Positions 13,690 through 27,082 are shown, numbered from the stretch's first letter. The stretch: 64,000 nucleotides of DNA from Octopus sinensis (GCF_006345805.1 NC_042997.1:193502001-193566000), one strand, 5' to 3'. The notes: generated by a model from the letters alone, not told the origin. Made by a program: numbers and translations.

Positions 13690-13980
13690 TCGCCCTTTTC
13701 AAGCCTAGCTAGGCTCATGGGCCCGGTTTCCCGGTTTCTGTGGCGTATGTGTTCCCCCCAGCTGGACGCAGCGTTACTCAAGAAACAGGAAGAGTGAGTG
13801 AGAGAAAGTTGCAGCGAAAGAGTACAACAGAGGTCACCACCACCCCCTGTCGGAGCCTCGTGGAGCTTTTAGGTGTTTTCGCTCAATAAACACATACAAC
13901 GCCAGGTCTGGGAATCGAAACTGCGATCCTCCGACTGCGAGTCCGCCGCCCTAACCACTGGACCATTGCGCCTCCACACA
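13690..13980 (-). mobile_element. SINE family C variant
   Basis: Reverse complement of the family C head ending at 13980. Confidence 0.75.
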
Positions 13981-14544
13981 TAAGTTGAAATTGTAATTTC
14001 GCCCCTCGAGCTCTAATCATCTATGCATATCGAACACTGATCTTTAAAAAAAAAATACGCATCAAATATTAAGAGAAACACTGAAGTTGTCATCATCAAT
14101 CAGTATGACCATCTCAAGATGGCGGAACTCTGACATACAGACGAGAGCTTTTATCTTCATAGTAATTAGATTCCAACAAAGATAAATGCTTTTGATTCAA
14201 ATGAGATTAAATTACAGTCTGAGGTAAATTTAATGATTTATAGCTAACCTCTGTCTGAGTTCATACCAACCATGTTGATGGGATAGATTTATCTGATAGA
14301 TACACTATAGGTGTGGTATTAGTATCCCATCTAAAGACAAATCTCGGGATTGTTTTGTGGAGAGTAATCATTAGCAAATCAGTTATTCATTATTATTTAA
14401 CTCGTAGGTTTGGTGGTAAGTGACTGGGAAAGATAAGCATCGAGAATATTCTTTCGCTGGTTTCACTTGTTTCAATAACTATGCAATTATTGAAACATCG
14501 TTTCTATGCAACACAGTATAAGTAGAAACTTTTATCATTGGAAA

Positions 14545-15150
14545 GGCGGTGAGCTGGCGGTATTCCTATCACGTCGGCGAGCTGGTAGAAATGCTTAGCA
14601 GTATTTCGTCTGCCGTTATGTTCTGAGTTCAAATTCCGCCGAGGTCGACTTTGCCTTTCATACTTTCGGGGTCGATAAATTAAGTACCTATTTCTTTATT
14701 ACCCACAAGGGACTAAACATAGAGGGGACAAACAAGGACAGACATAGGTATTAAGTCGATTATATCGACCCCAGTGCGTAACTGGTACTTAATTTATCGA
14801 CCCCGAAAAGATGAAAGGCAAAGTTGACCTCGGCGGAATTTGAACTCAGAACGTAATGACAGACGAAATACGGCTACGCATTTCGCCCGGCGTGCTAACG
14901 TTTCTGCCAGCTTGCCGCCTTCAATAAATTAAGTACCAGTTACGCACTGGGGTCGATGTAATCGGCTTAATCCGTTTGTCTGTCCTTCTTTGTCCCCTCT
15001 GTGTTTAGCCCCTTGTGGGTAGTAAAGACATAGGTATTCCTATCATGCCGGACAAAACACACAGCGTTAGTTCATCTGTCTTTACGTTCTGATTTCAAAT
15101 GTCGTCGAGGTCGACTTGCCTTTCATCCTTTTCGGGGTCGATGTAATATA
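14545..15150. mobile_element. Nested SINE family B copies
   Basis: Minus-strand copy 14689-14920 is flanked by ATAAATTAAGTACC (14675-14688 and 14924-14937) inside a plus-strand copy. Confidence 0.8.
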
Positions 15151-15233
15151 TATATCAGCTCAGTACTAGGGTCGATGTAATCGACTTATTCGCACCCCCA
15201 AATTTCCATGCCTTGTACCTATTAATAGAAAGG

Positions 15234-15266
<33 letters not shown>

Positions 15267-15278
15267 GTGAAGGCGTAT

Positions 15279-15590
15279 AGTGAAGGCTCAGTGGTTAGAG
15301 CGTCGAGCCTACGATCTTGAGGTTGTGAGCTCGAATCTCGGACCGGGCTGCGTGTTGTGTTCTTGAGCAAGACACTTTATATCACGTTGCTCCAGTTCAC
15401 TCAGCTGTAGAAATGAGTTGCGACATCACAGGTGCCGAACCCTATCGGCCCTTGCCTTTGCCTTGGATAACACTGGTGGCGTGGAAAGGGGAGGCCGGTA
15501 TGCATGGGCGACTGCTGGTCTACCATAAACAACCTTGCCCGGACTTGTGCCTGGGAGGGTAACTTTCTAGGTGCAATCCCGGGGTCTCAG
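15279..15590 (+). mobile_element. tRNA(Arg)-like SINE, family D
   Basis: GGCTCAGTGGTTAGAGCGTCGAGC(C/T)TACGAT head (ACG anticodon-like) followed by TTCTTGAGCAAGACACTT. Relatives at ~8460, 18415, 20977, 33248 and 34000. Confidence 0.75.
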
Positions 15591-15684
15591 ATTATTATTA
15601 TCAATTTTCGCCGAGGTCGACTTTGCCTTTCATCCTTTCGGGGTCGATAAAATAAGTACCAGTTGAGCACTGGGGCCGATGTCC

Positions 15685-17483
15685 TGGACCATATCCCAAA
15701 TTGCAGGGTTTATGCCTATAAGGGAGAGAATTATTTCCGCCGAGGTTAACCTTGCCTTCCATCATTTGAGCACCGAGGTCGGTGTAGCCGAGTTACCGCC
15801 TCCACTAAAATTGATGGCCTTATACTAAAATTTGAAACCATTATTATAAAGTCGTATCTCTTTTAGTTAGAGCCAAATCGGCCCCGGGACCATAACCCAA
15901 ATTTCAGGGTTTATGCCTATAAGGGAGAGAATTATTTCCGCCGAGGTTAACCTTGCTTTCCATCATTTGAGCACTGAGGTCGGTGTTAGCCGAGTTACCG
16001 CCTCCACTAAAATTGATGGCCTTATACTAAAATTTGAAACCATTATTATAAAGTCGTATCTCTTTTAGTTAGAGCCAAATCGGCCCCGGGACCATAACCC
16101 AAATTTCAGGATTTATGCCTATAAGGGAGAGAATTATTTCCGCCGAGGTTAACCTTGCTTTCCATCATTTGAGCACCGAGGTCGGTGTAGCCGAGTTACT
16201 GCCTCCACTAAAATTGATGGCCTTATACTAAAATTTGAAACCATTATTATAAAGTCGTATCTCTTTTAGTTAGAGCCAAATCGGCCCCGGGACCATATCC
16301 CAAATTTCAGGGTTTATGCCTATAAGGGAGAGAATTATTTCCGCCGAGGTTAACCTTGCCTTCCATCATTTGAGCACCGAGGTCGGTGTAGCCGAGTTAC
16401 CGCCTCCACTAAAATTGATGGCCTTATACTAAAATTTGAAACCATTATTATAAAGTCGTATCTCTTTTAGTTAGAGCCAAATCGGCCCCGGGACCATAAC
16501 CCAAATTTCAGGGTTTATGCCTATAAGGGAGAGAATTATTTCCGCCGAGGTTAACCTTGCTTTCCATCATTTGAGCACTGAGGTCGGTGTAGCCGAGTTA
16601 CCGCCTCCACTAAAATTGATGGCCTTATACTAAAATTTGAAACCTTATTATAAAGTCGTATCTCTTTTAGTTAGAGCCAAATCGGCCCCGGGACCATATC
16701 CCAAATTTCAGGGTTTATGCCTATAAGGGAGAGAATTATTTCCGCCGAGGTAACCTTGCCTTCCATCATTTGAGCACCGAGGTCGGTGTAGCCGAGTTAC
16801 CGCCTCCACTAAAATGATGGCCTTATACTAAAATTTGAAACATTATTATAAAGTCGTATCTCTTTTAGTTAGAGCCAAATCGGCCCCGGGACCATAACCC
16901 AAATTTCAGGGTTTATGCCTATAAGGGAGAGAATTATTTCCGCCGAGGTTAACCTTGCTTTCCATCATTGAGAGCACTGAGGTCGGTGTAGCCGAGTTAC
17001 CGCCTCCACTAAAATTGATGGCCTTATACTAAAATTTGAAACCATTATTATAAAGTCGTATCTCTTTTAGTTAGAGCCAAATCGGCCCCGGGACCATAAC
17101 CCAAATTTCAGGGTTTATGCCTATAAGGGAGAGAATTATTTCCGCCGAGGTTAACCTTGCTTTCCATCATTTGAGCACTGAGGTCGGTGTAGCCGAGTTA
17201 CCGCCTCCACTAAAATTGATGGCCTTATACTAAAATTTGAAACCATTATTATAAAGTCGTATCTCTTTTAGTTAGAGCCAAATCGGCCCCGGGACCATAA
17301 CCCAAATTTCAGGGTTTATGCCTATAAGGGAGAGAATTATTTCCGCCGAGGTTAACCTTGCTTTCCATCATTTGAGCACTGAGGTCGGTGTAAGCCGAGT
17401 TACCGCCTCCACTAAAATTGATGGCCTTATACTAAAATTTGAAACCATTATTATAAAGTCGTATCTATTTTAGTTAGAGCCAA
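15685..17483. repeat. 201-bp tandem satellite, ~9 copies, derived from the SINE B 3' part
   Basis: TATGCCTATA at 15711, 15912, 16114, 16315, 16516, 16716, 16914, 17116 and 17317. The unit contains TTCCGCCGAGGT and AAAATTTGAAACCATTATT of SINE B. Confidence 0.95.
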
Positions 17484-18157
17484 TGATCAGCGAGCAAAAT
17501 ATTTCACGCGTTGCTGAAGTTAATAATAATTTTGACAGCTGAATTGCTAAAGTAACAAATTGAATTATTTTATAACTTATGATAACACAACTGCGTTATA
17601 TGATTGACCGTGACAGCAGTGTAGCGAATTAACTTCATTATAGAATATAGCTGAGACTTTCATTAGTTTTAATGAGGTCTGTTTTGCCTTTCATATCCTC
17701 GCTATCAACTTTTGTCTCATTTTATTCTTTTTTGATTTGATTTGATTTCAACTTTCCCTTTATCATCTCATTTATTTCTGATATAAAAGGAATGTTCTGG
17801 AAGAAAGCTAAAGCCAAGAACATAATCGTTTTAACTGTTTGACTAACTAAATTCAACACCAAATATTTGCGTTTCAGTTGTTTATCTTTTTCTTTAATTG
17901 CATACAATATCCGTGTGAATCAATAACGATTTATTGTTAACTTTCACTTTCAAATATACTATCATCGACATTAAAATAAAATATTCTTCTTTTTTTTTTT
18001 ATACTATCTACCATATAACCTTCATCTCTCTTTCACTCATTATTTTGAATTGAAGTATTGCAATTATTAAAACAATGGATAACAGCGCTATAATTTAAAT
18101 AATAGATTACATTTGATATGTAGAAATTACTCAGAAGACACAAGAGATGAATTAAGA

Positions 18158-18159
<2 letters not shown>

Positions 18160-18200
<41 letters not shown>

Positions 18201-18415
18201 ACATGCATGCATGCATACATACATACATAGATACATACATACATAGATACATACATGCATACATAATACATACACACATACATACACACATACATACACA
18301 CACACATACATACACACATACACACACACACACATACATACATACATACATACATACATACATACATACACACACACACATACCTGTTTGTGTGTGTGTG
18401 TACGTATGTGTTTGA
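18160..18415. repeat. (CA)n/(TACA)n microsatellite
   Basis: Directly visible. Confidence 0.95.
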
Positions 18416-18952
18416 AGGCGCGTGGCCTAGTGGTTTGATAGAATCTTACGCTTAATATTAAGATCGCGGTTTCGATTCCCGGACGGAGTGGTGCATTGTG
18501 TTCTTGAGCAAAACTCTTCATTTCACGTTGTTCTCTCCACTGAAAAGTAATGTTTCTTGCCACTTCAACATGGCTGTTCCGTATAATGTTACTACTCTTT
18601 TATAGCCCCAGGAAAAACATCTCCTCCAGTTGGTTAACGATACAAACAGTGTCCGATATATTGCGAGCAGGAGAGCGAACTCCTGTTTGAGAGGACCAGT
18701 AGATCATCCTGGTTTCACGGTGTTTTCCCTTCCTCAGTACTAGTCACCTGTCTGCTAGAGATAGCAGTCGTTCGCCCCAACTCGCAATATATAGAAAAAT
18801 AAGCGACATTCAGCCGTTGATCTTGCAACTAACAAAGTAGCTAGTTGTAAAATCATTATAAGATATGTAAGTAGTAACTCTACCGAAAAGAATATAAATA
18901 TATGTTCACACATACATACATACATACATACATACATACATACATACATACA

Positions 18953-18984
<32 letters not shown>

Positions 18985-19179
18985 CACACACACACATAAA
19001 TACACATACACCTTCATACATATATGCATACATATATATATAGTATATATATATATGTATGTGCGTGTGTATATACATATATTATATATATTAATATATA
19101 CACATCACGTGCGCGCTAACACACACATGTATATAAGAAAAGAGATGACGAAGGAATAAAAAGATTATCTTATGAACTT

Positions 19180-19255
19180 CATTAGCTTACAGCTGTTTCC
19201 GCTATAAGATACGGCGGACTCATTGCTGAGCATCCTACAGCTTCATCAGAGCCAC
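19180..19255 (-). ncRNA. Type I hammerhead ribozyme-like motif (CAGCTG stem III family)
   Basis: Minus strand: TGGCT-CTGATGA-A-GCTGTA...TATAGC-G-GAAA-CAGCTG-TA^AGCTA. Core intact, palindromic stem III, GUA site, one extra G before GAAA. Confidence 0.6.
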
Positions 19256-19960
19256 AAATATGATTAACACTTCGTCTAAAATCAGACATGTATTGAGTTC
19301 TACACTAGGTTATTAGCATCGCTATGCCTAAGCGATATATATATTATCAATAATAAAGGGTGAAATTAATTAATTTGGAATAATCATTAATTTCACCAAG
19401 TAGAGTTCGACATGTAAAAGCCCCATTCAAGGAATGTTTAAGTAATACTAAGTAATTAAGGGTTTAGCAACGATTTGCCTCACCACATACCGAATTTAGA
19501 AATAGCAGTCAAAGAGTTTTGGCTATTCTTTCTACTTAAAAGGGAGATCCCAGTAAAATATATATATACTTGGAAATGGATGCGTGGCGTTCAGTCAAAT
19601 AATAATATATATAATTTAATAGTGTGTTGGAAAACGCGACAGAAAATTTGGGCTAAATAAGCAGTTTCGTACTCTACACCTGTATGGTGCACAGTTTAAA
19701 ATTAAACCATCATAGCGTGTGGAATTCGAACCACGTTATATAGATATGCTGTTAGAACCATGGAAGTTATTGAATTAGTTTATGTAGCAGTGACAGTCTG
19801 CTCACGTAACAACATTCGGCTTAGGGGAAACCTGTGTATGTCACATATATAGCTTAAAATGGAAATTACGTTACCTGCATTTATTGCTATGAATCTTGAG
19901 TTGCGATATAAAAACTCTGTGTGTGTGTGTGTGTACGTGTGTGTATGTGTGTGCGCGTGT

Positions 19961-20004
<44 letters not shown>

Positions 20005-20976
20005 TTAATGGGTCAGTCAGTAAAGGTAAGGCAGAGTCCATATTGTTTTCCCTGGCGTCCATGACTGTTGGGAGCAAGGGAAGAAATTATTCACGATTCA
20101 CGATACTAGGAGACTTGATCCGAAGGACTCGGTTTCAGGGCCAAGGGCCAAGTGCTGGTACTGAACCGGGAGGCGGATTTGAAATAGCATAACCCGATCA
20201 GAAGTGCGTGTGAAATATTAATTTATAACCATCTCATTTTTGGACAACTAAGTTGTCGATTCGCTTTCATAAAAAAATGAAAAAAACCAAATTACAAGCA
20301 GTATTTATTCCTTGATTTATATACTGAAAACTACGAACGAACGGCACTTTTTTTCTATGTCTACAATATATTTTATGTATTTTTTCCTGTTATCTATTGA
20401 ATTGTGTTGTTGCTTTCCTGATTATGGTAACATAGAATGACGAAAGCAGCAACCAATCTCTACAGAGAAATGCAATTCTATCGCAGGTTTTCATCTGTCG
20501 TTTTTACACGGATATATTTCCAATGACGTTCGTGTGATTTATTACTTCTGTCATGCCCATTGCACAAAAGCAAACTTGTGCGGTATTGTGTTCGTTAAAG
20601 TTCAGTATTGTATAAACGATGATTCAGAAGTAATAATACAACGTAATATCAAATATATACCGCAAACACGCAGAGGTTTCAGCTTGGTTTTCTCCGGAGG
20701 AAAAAGAAAAAGAAACAAAGTATAAAAACCTATTTTGTAAATCTAACGATTCAATAATACATAACTATTATTGGTGATAGTGGCGGATGATATAACAAAG
20801 CGTTATCTAAATACAATGCAGCATTTATACGAACGAGTAAGGAAGCATCTGGTGGTCACTCGGTTTACTAGAAATAACGGCTGAATCTCACTCACACCCT
20901 AACATATCCTATTAGGAAAGGAGACATCAGACAATGTGATTTAGGATACACTATTCCTGAGGAATAGTGTATCCTA

Positions 20977-21315
20977 AAGGCGCATGGCTCAGTGGTTAGA
21001 GCATCGAGCTTACGATTGTGAGGTTGTGAGCTCGAATCCTGGACCGGGCTGCGTGTTGTGTTCTTGAGCAAGACATTTTATTTCACGTTGCTCCAGTTCA
21101 CTTAGCTGTAGAAATGAGTTGCGATGTCACAGGTGCCAAACTGTATAGGCCCTTGCCTTTCCCTTGGATATGACTGGTGGCATGGAGAGGGGAGGCCGGT
21201 ATGCATGGGCGACCGCTGGTCTTCCGTAAACAACCTTGCCCGGACTTGTGTTTGGGAGGGTAACTTTCTAGGTGCAATCCCATGGGCTGTGTCGCGACCG
21301 AAGGGGGTCTCAGAT
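20977..21315 (+). mobile_element. SINE family D
   Basis: Near-identical to 15279-15590. Confidence 0.8.
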
Positions 21316-22059
21316 TCCCGAGGAAACAAAAGCAAAAGTTGCAGGATTGTCATGGCTTGAGAGTGTTTAATCAAAATTAGAGTTGACTTGGGGTTAAACA
21401 ACAACATTATCATGAGCAGGTGATGCCCCAGCATGGCCGCAGTCAAATGACTGAAATAAATAAAAGAAAAAAAAAAGATAATAGTAACAACAGCAACAAC
21501 AGAAGCAGCATTTAGATTAGAACCTTCGTACTTTGACTTCAAAAATATTATCACCTGAAGTTTGTAGAACTCTTCTTGATTCAATCATGGAACTGTGGCC
21601 ATGCTGGGGCGCCGCCTTGAAGAGTTTTAGCTGAACTCGGATTACTAGAAATAACAGCCGCTTTTCACTCATGCCCTAACATGTCCTATTAGAAAAGGAG
21701 ACATTAAACAATGTGATTCTAGTAAGCGGAATTAGAACTCAGAACATGAAGCCGGACGAAATGCCGGTAAGCATTTTGTCCGGCAATCTAACGATTCTAT
21801 CAGTTCTCTGCCTTGCAATGCTGGTTTCAAATTTTGGCACAGGATAGCAATTTTATGGGAGGAGTTAATCGATTAAATCAACCCCAGTACTTAATTGGTA
21901 TGGTACTTATTTTGTCGACCCCGGAAGAATGAAAGGCAAAGTCGACCTCGGCAGTATTTGAACTCAGAAAGTGAAAATGGAAGAAATGCCACTAAGCATT
22001 TTGTCCGGCGCGGTAATGATTCTGCTAGCTTACCACCTTGACTAGATAGTATATGATGA

Positions 22060-22067
22060 TGATGATG

Positions 22068-22118
<51 letters not shown>

Positions 22119-22154
22119 GTAATGATAATAATGATAATAATAATGATAATAATG

Positions 22155-22187
<33 letters not shown>

Positions 22188-22201
22188 TAATAATAATAAT
22201 A
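22060..22201. repeat. (TAA)n microsatellite
   Basis: Directly visible. It is the left flank of the R4/Dong-like element. Confidence 0.95.
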
Positions 22202-22933
22202 AAAGTAGAGCTGACCTAAAATGCCGATTTTGTAACGATGAGATTGAAACTATAGACCACCTAATCTCAGGGTGTAGAGTCTTAGCACCCGTAGAATATA
22301 AAGCAAGACATGACAGAGTCGGTCAGTATTTACACTGGAAAATATGTCGGCATTAAAAAATCAAAACCGCTGACAAATGGTATAAACACCATCCTGAAGC
22401 TGTGACTGAGGGAGAAATGTGTCGATTCCCTGGGACATACCGACAAAACTATAAAAGCTAATAAACCGGATATTATTATAAAAGATCAGACAAAAAAGGT
22501 GTGTTTATTAATTGACATGAGTATTCCTTGCGATCACAATATAGCGGCAAAGAATTTGACAAGATTAGTAAATATAAAGACTTGCTAATAGAAACTGAAA
22601 AAATGTGGCATCTCAAGGCGACTACAGTACCAGTTATTGTAGGATCTCTAGGAATGATAAAAAAAAGATACTGAAACCTATTTGAAAATGACACTAGGCT
22701 TACCATCCCTACAGGAAGTCCAAAAATCGTGTTAACTGGGACGGCTCATGTACTGAGAAGAATATTATCGCTGTAAAAACAACATGAATTTATTTATTAA
22801 TTTTTTAAATACATATTTTACATGTGAATTTGCGTGTGTAATCTGGGAATGCATACAATGAGCTTCTCTGCCCTAGGTGTATGGAAAACACTCGGCGAGA
22901 AACTGAAGAAAATTTGAAGAAAGAAGGAAAACA
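22202..22933 (+). mobile_element. 5'-truncated R4/Dong-like non-LTR retrotransposon (CCHC knuckle + restriction-like endonuclease), degenerate
   Basis: Translation gives KCRFCNDEIETIDHLISGC (CX2CX8HX4C), RHDRV, NKPDII, IDMSIP and KYKDL, ending RRILSL* near 22775. Flanked by (TAA)n on both sides. Confidence 0.85.
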
Positions 22934-22935
22934 AC

Positions 22936-22972
<37 letters not shown>

Positions 22973-23429
22973 TTAATAATCCTTTCTACTGAAGACACAA
23001 GGTCTGAAATTTTTGGGGAAGGGACTAACCGATAACATCGACCCCAGTGCGTAACTGGTACTTATTTCATCGACCTCGAAAGGATGAAAGGCAAAGTCGA
23101 CCTCGGCGGAATTTTAAACTCAGAACGTAAAGACGGACGAAGCACCGGTAAGCATTTTGTTCGACGTACTAACGATTCGACCAGCTCACCACTTTAATAT
23201 TAATAATGATAATAACATAAATAAAAATAAAAGGCCTTCTATCGACCAATGGACAAATTACAGGCTTGACTAATGATATTATCAGCTAAATTGCGAAAAG
23301 TAATCTATTACGGCCGGTTCTAAAAGCAAAAACAATACTCAAGCCATTTTTATTATTCTTAATCGAAATGTTTTCGTTAATGTAAATTAAATTAAAGAAG
23401 AAGAAAATGAACAAAAAGCACAGAGTGTA

Positions 23430-23467
23430 TAAGTGATGGTAATAGCTCTAACAACAACAACAACCAC

Positions 23468-23500
<33 letters not shown>

Positions 23501-23525
23501 CACGACAACAACAACAACAACATTA
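23430..23525. repeat. (CAA)n microsatellite
   Basis: Directly visible. Confidence 0.9.
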
Positions 23526-24482
23526 TAAAGAACGTTTCCAACATGGAAATAATCAAAACCGAAGACGATAATAGGAAAAAAAAAGTTAATGAAATAAAAA
23601 TGAAAATAAACAAAAATACATACACAAAATGGTGCAAAAAAAACAATGATTTGCTGATTAAATTGCAGTTAGAATGATAATACGGTTTCATTGGAAATTA
23701 AAACTATTGATCGGATTCGGTGAAAATATATGGGACACCTGTTACTGAATTCTGTGATTGAGAACCTAAATAAATATGGCGACTACATGTGTTAAATGTT
23801 TTGTTTTGTTTTGTTTGCATTTCATTATTTCTCGAAGACGATTCTTACGTGTATATCTGGAAAATATAATTTTGGAATTCATTGTGGAAACACTGAATCA
23901 AGTGTTTGGCTGCAGGCAAATCTGTTTAATTGCAATGCGCGGCAAATGACAGAATTTAGTCCCGGAACACGCAAAAATTAAAGGTTTCATAAAACACTGC
24001 TTCATTATTAATTTAGGTTTTTTTTTAAGGCGGTGAGGTGGTTGAATCGTTAGCACGCCGGGCAAAATGCTTAGCAGTATTTATTCCTGCTTTATGTTCT
24101 GAGTTCAAATCCCGCCGAGGTCGACTTTGCCTTTCATCCTTTCGAGCTCAGTGAAATCAGCACCAGTTGAACAGTGGGGTTGATGTAATCGATTTAACCC
24201 CTACCCCGATATTACTGGCCTCGAGCCAAAATTTGAAACCATTAGTATTATTTATATAATATATATTTTATCAGCCAATTTATATTACCGAACAGTTTCA
24301 TAACGAAGAACCTTCAATTACAATCATCGGACACAGCTTCATAGAACAGAATGTGTCGGCTCTTTGTAACTGGAGGCCTGAAACTGCTTCAGCCGGTTTA
24401 TAGTTCTCGGGAATATTGCTCCCCATTCCCTAAAAAAAACAAAAATAAAAAGAAACCCTGTGAGATAAAACAGAGAAAAATA

Positions 24483-24642
24483 CAGGAGTGGTTGTGCAGT
24501 AAGAAGCTTCCTTCCCAACCACATGGTTATGGGTGTTTAGTCCCACTGCATGGCACCTTGGGCAAGTGTCTTCTACTATAGCCTCGGGCCAACCAAAGCT
24601 TTGTGCGTGGATTTGGTAGACGGAAACTGAAAGAAGCCCGTC

Positions 24643-24675
<33 letters not shown>

Positions 24676-24900
24676 TATATATATATATATGTGTGTGTGT
24701 GTGTCTGTGTTTGCTCCCCCATCGCTTGACAACCGATGTTGGTGTGTTTACGTCCCCGTAACTTAGCGGTTTGACAAAAGAGTCCGATAGAATAAGTACT
24801 AGGCTTACAAAGAATAAGTCCTGGGATCGATTTGTTTGACTAAAGGCGGTGGTCCAGCATGGCCGCAGTCAAATCCCTGAGACAAATAAAAGAGTAAAAA
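24483..24900 (+). mobile_element. SINE family A, full length
   Basis: Matches the family A consensus. Confidence 0.9.
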
Positions 24901-24989
24901 AGTACATATAGTATGTTTTGGGTGGCAAGAAGAGAATAGAAAATATTGTTTTGAGTCCGTTTGGTTTGAAGATCTCGGTTTCAATTTCA

Positions 24990-25446
24990 GTATTTCTCTT
25001 TATGATTAAGATGTCCAGGAAGGATAGTTGGTTGTGGCTGTATTCCATTGTAAACTGGATACTGTGGTTAATGCTGTTAAGTTTTTAAATTTTGAGAGTT
25101 GTGCAAGGTTATGTGGCCACAGGATGAAACAGTCATCCAGGTAGCGTTTCCAGTTGGTAAGTATTTTTGGAAGTATGCTTGACAAGGTTGGCAAAAGTAG
25201 GTGCTACCCTCGTTCCCATTGCCGTGCCCGAGTATTGTCTATAAGTGTTTTCGTTGAAATTGAAGAAGTTGTGTAGGATGAACCTTATTTCTCCTGGTTT
25301 CATTTGATGTAATAAACCTCTACACCTCGATTCCTCACGAATACGGAATAATAGCCATACAATACTGACTGGAAAAATTCCCAAATGATATTCCTGACCG
25401 AATCGGAAAAGAATTCATCGTTGACGGAATAAAATTCATCCTACAC
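24990..25446. pseudogene. Old Penelope-like RT fragment with internal inversion
   Basis: Minus strand 25290->24990: FILHNFFNF...GTAMGTRVAPTFANL...WKRYLDDCFILW...LSFLDIL (motifs B-E). Plus strand 25290-25446: LLVSFDVINLYTSIPHEYG...GIKFILH (motif A). Confidence 0.8.
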
Positions 25447-26194
25447 ATTCTATTAGAAATGAACTTCAATCTTGCTTGCTTGGAATGTTACACGGCCAAC
25501 CTGGCGCATAATGGGAAAACACTTTGAAAGTAAAGTGCCGCAGAAATGTGAATACAAATGGTGTAAAACAAGTTTCACCTAAATCGGACTACTGGCTCTT
25601 GAAATATGGTGGTGGTGGATTGGCGGGTATAAATACCTGAAGCGGTGCATAATGGGAAAATACTCCGAAAATAACTTAACCCTGAAAGGGAAGAAACTCT
25701 AATCTTTCGAGTAGACACATTATGATGGGCAAAAGTCTTAGTGACTTTAACTTACCAACGAAATAATACGAGTTGTTTTTACAGTAAATGTTTCTATTTT
25801 CACTTTTGTTAAACACAATATTGTAATCACTTAGAAATATTTTTAAGTGAATGTGATTTCAAAAATGTAAGTTGTTTGTAAAGTAAGTATATATATTTTA
25901 GCTTTCTTTAAACAGGCAATATTTTAATTTTTAAAAAAATATTTTCAAGTGAATACCATTACAAAAATTTTCTTTTATCATATTAAAAAAATATCTTTAA
26001 GTGAAAATGACTTTAAAAATACGGTAATATTTCATAAAGACCCGTTCGTAACCTTAGTGTGAAATAATTTTTCCCCATAGGTTTTTTTCGAGTGCATTTG
26101 GTTGCTACTTCTAGCATTCCCTGCTACCACGTAACAGCTATTTGCGATAAAGGACCTGAAATAACTGTTATGTGGTAGCAGGGTGTGCAAGAAA

Positions 26195-26478
26195 CAGCAG
26201 TCAAATCTTTTGCTGAACCACTAGGTTACGAGGATGTAAACACACCAACACCAGCTGTCAAGCGGCGGTGGGGTAACAAATACACGCACGAAGACACACA
26301 CACACAAACGCATATATATATACGACAGGCTATCAGTTTCCGTCTACCAAATCTACTGACAAGGCTTTGGTCGGTCTGAGGCTATAGTAGAAGACACTTG
26401 TCCAAGCTGCCACGCAGTAGGACTGAACCCGGCACCATGTGGTTGGGAAACAAGCTTCTTACCGCACAGCCACTCCTG
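26195..26478 (-). mobile_element. SINE family A
   Basis: Reverse complement of the family A head and body. Confidence 0.75.
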
Positions 26479-26849
26479 GTGCGTATTTTAATTGCACCTG
26501 TCTGCATTTCATTTACCATATTTTTTACTCATTTCTACCATTTGCTTAACAACAATCCCCTGATTCATCAATATTCATTTTGAATCAGATATTTCGGTAT
26601 GAATTGATAACTTCTAATGTACAGAAACAAACTTTTGATTTTTCATTAAATATTGTTTTCTTCATGATATAAACTGTCCATTACCATAGCTGCTGACCTC
26701 TTACTACAACATCAACAGATACAAACATCACTCACACATGCACATATAAACAGTTAATACCACACACACCACAAACGCTCACACACACAGTTACCACCAC
26801 ATGCATACACACACACGCGCACTCAGTTACGGCTACACATACACATACC

Positions 26850-27082
26850 TATTTCTTTATTGCCCACAAGGGGCTAAACACAGAGAGGACAAATAAGGAC
26901 AGACAAACGGATTAAATCGACTATATCGACCCCAGTGCGTAACTGGTACTTAATTTATCGACCCCGAAAGGATGATAGGCAAAGTCGATCTCGGGGGAAT
27001 TTGAACTCAGAACGTAACGGCAGACGAAATGCGGGAAAGCATATCGCCCCGGCGTGCTAACCTTTCTGCCAGCTCGCCGCCT
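26850..27082 (-). mobile_element. SINE family B, full length
   Basis: Matches the family B consensus. Confidence 0.85.

Noticed and set aside
15685-17483. CRISPR-like regular array
   Set aside because: No unique spacers, 201-bp whole-unit repeats, eukaryotic context, and no cas genes.
20977-21050. tRNA-Arg-like cloverleaf (also the SINE C/D heads elsewhere)
   Set aside because: Imperfect stems, and the sequence continues into a SINE body. These are SINE heads, not tRNA genes.
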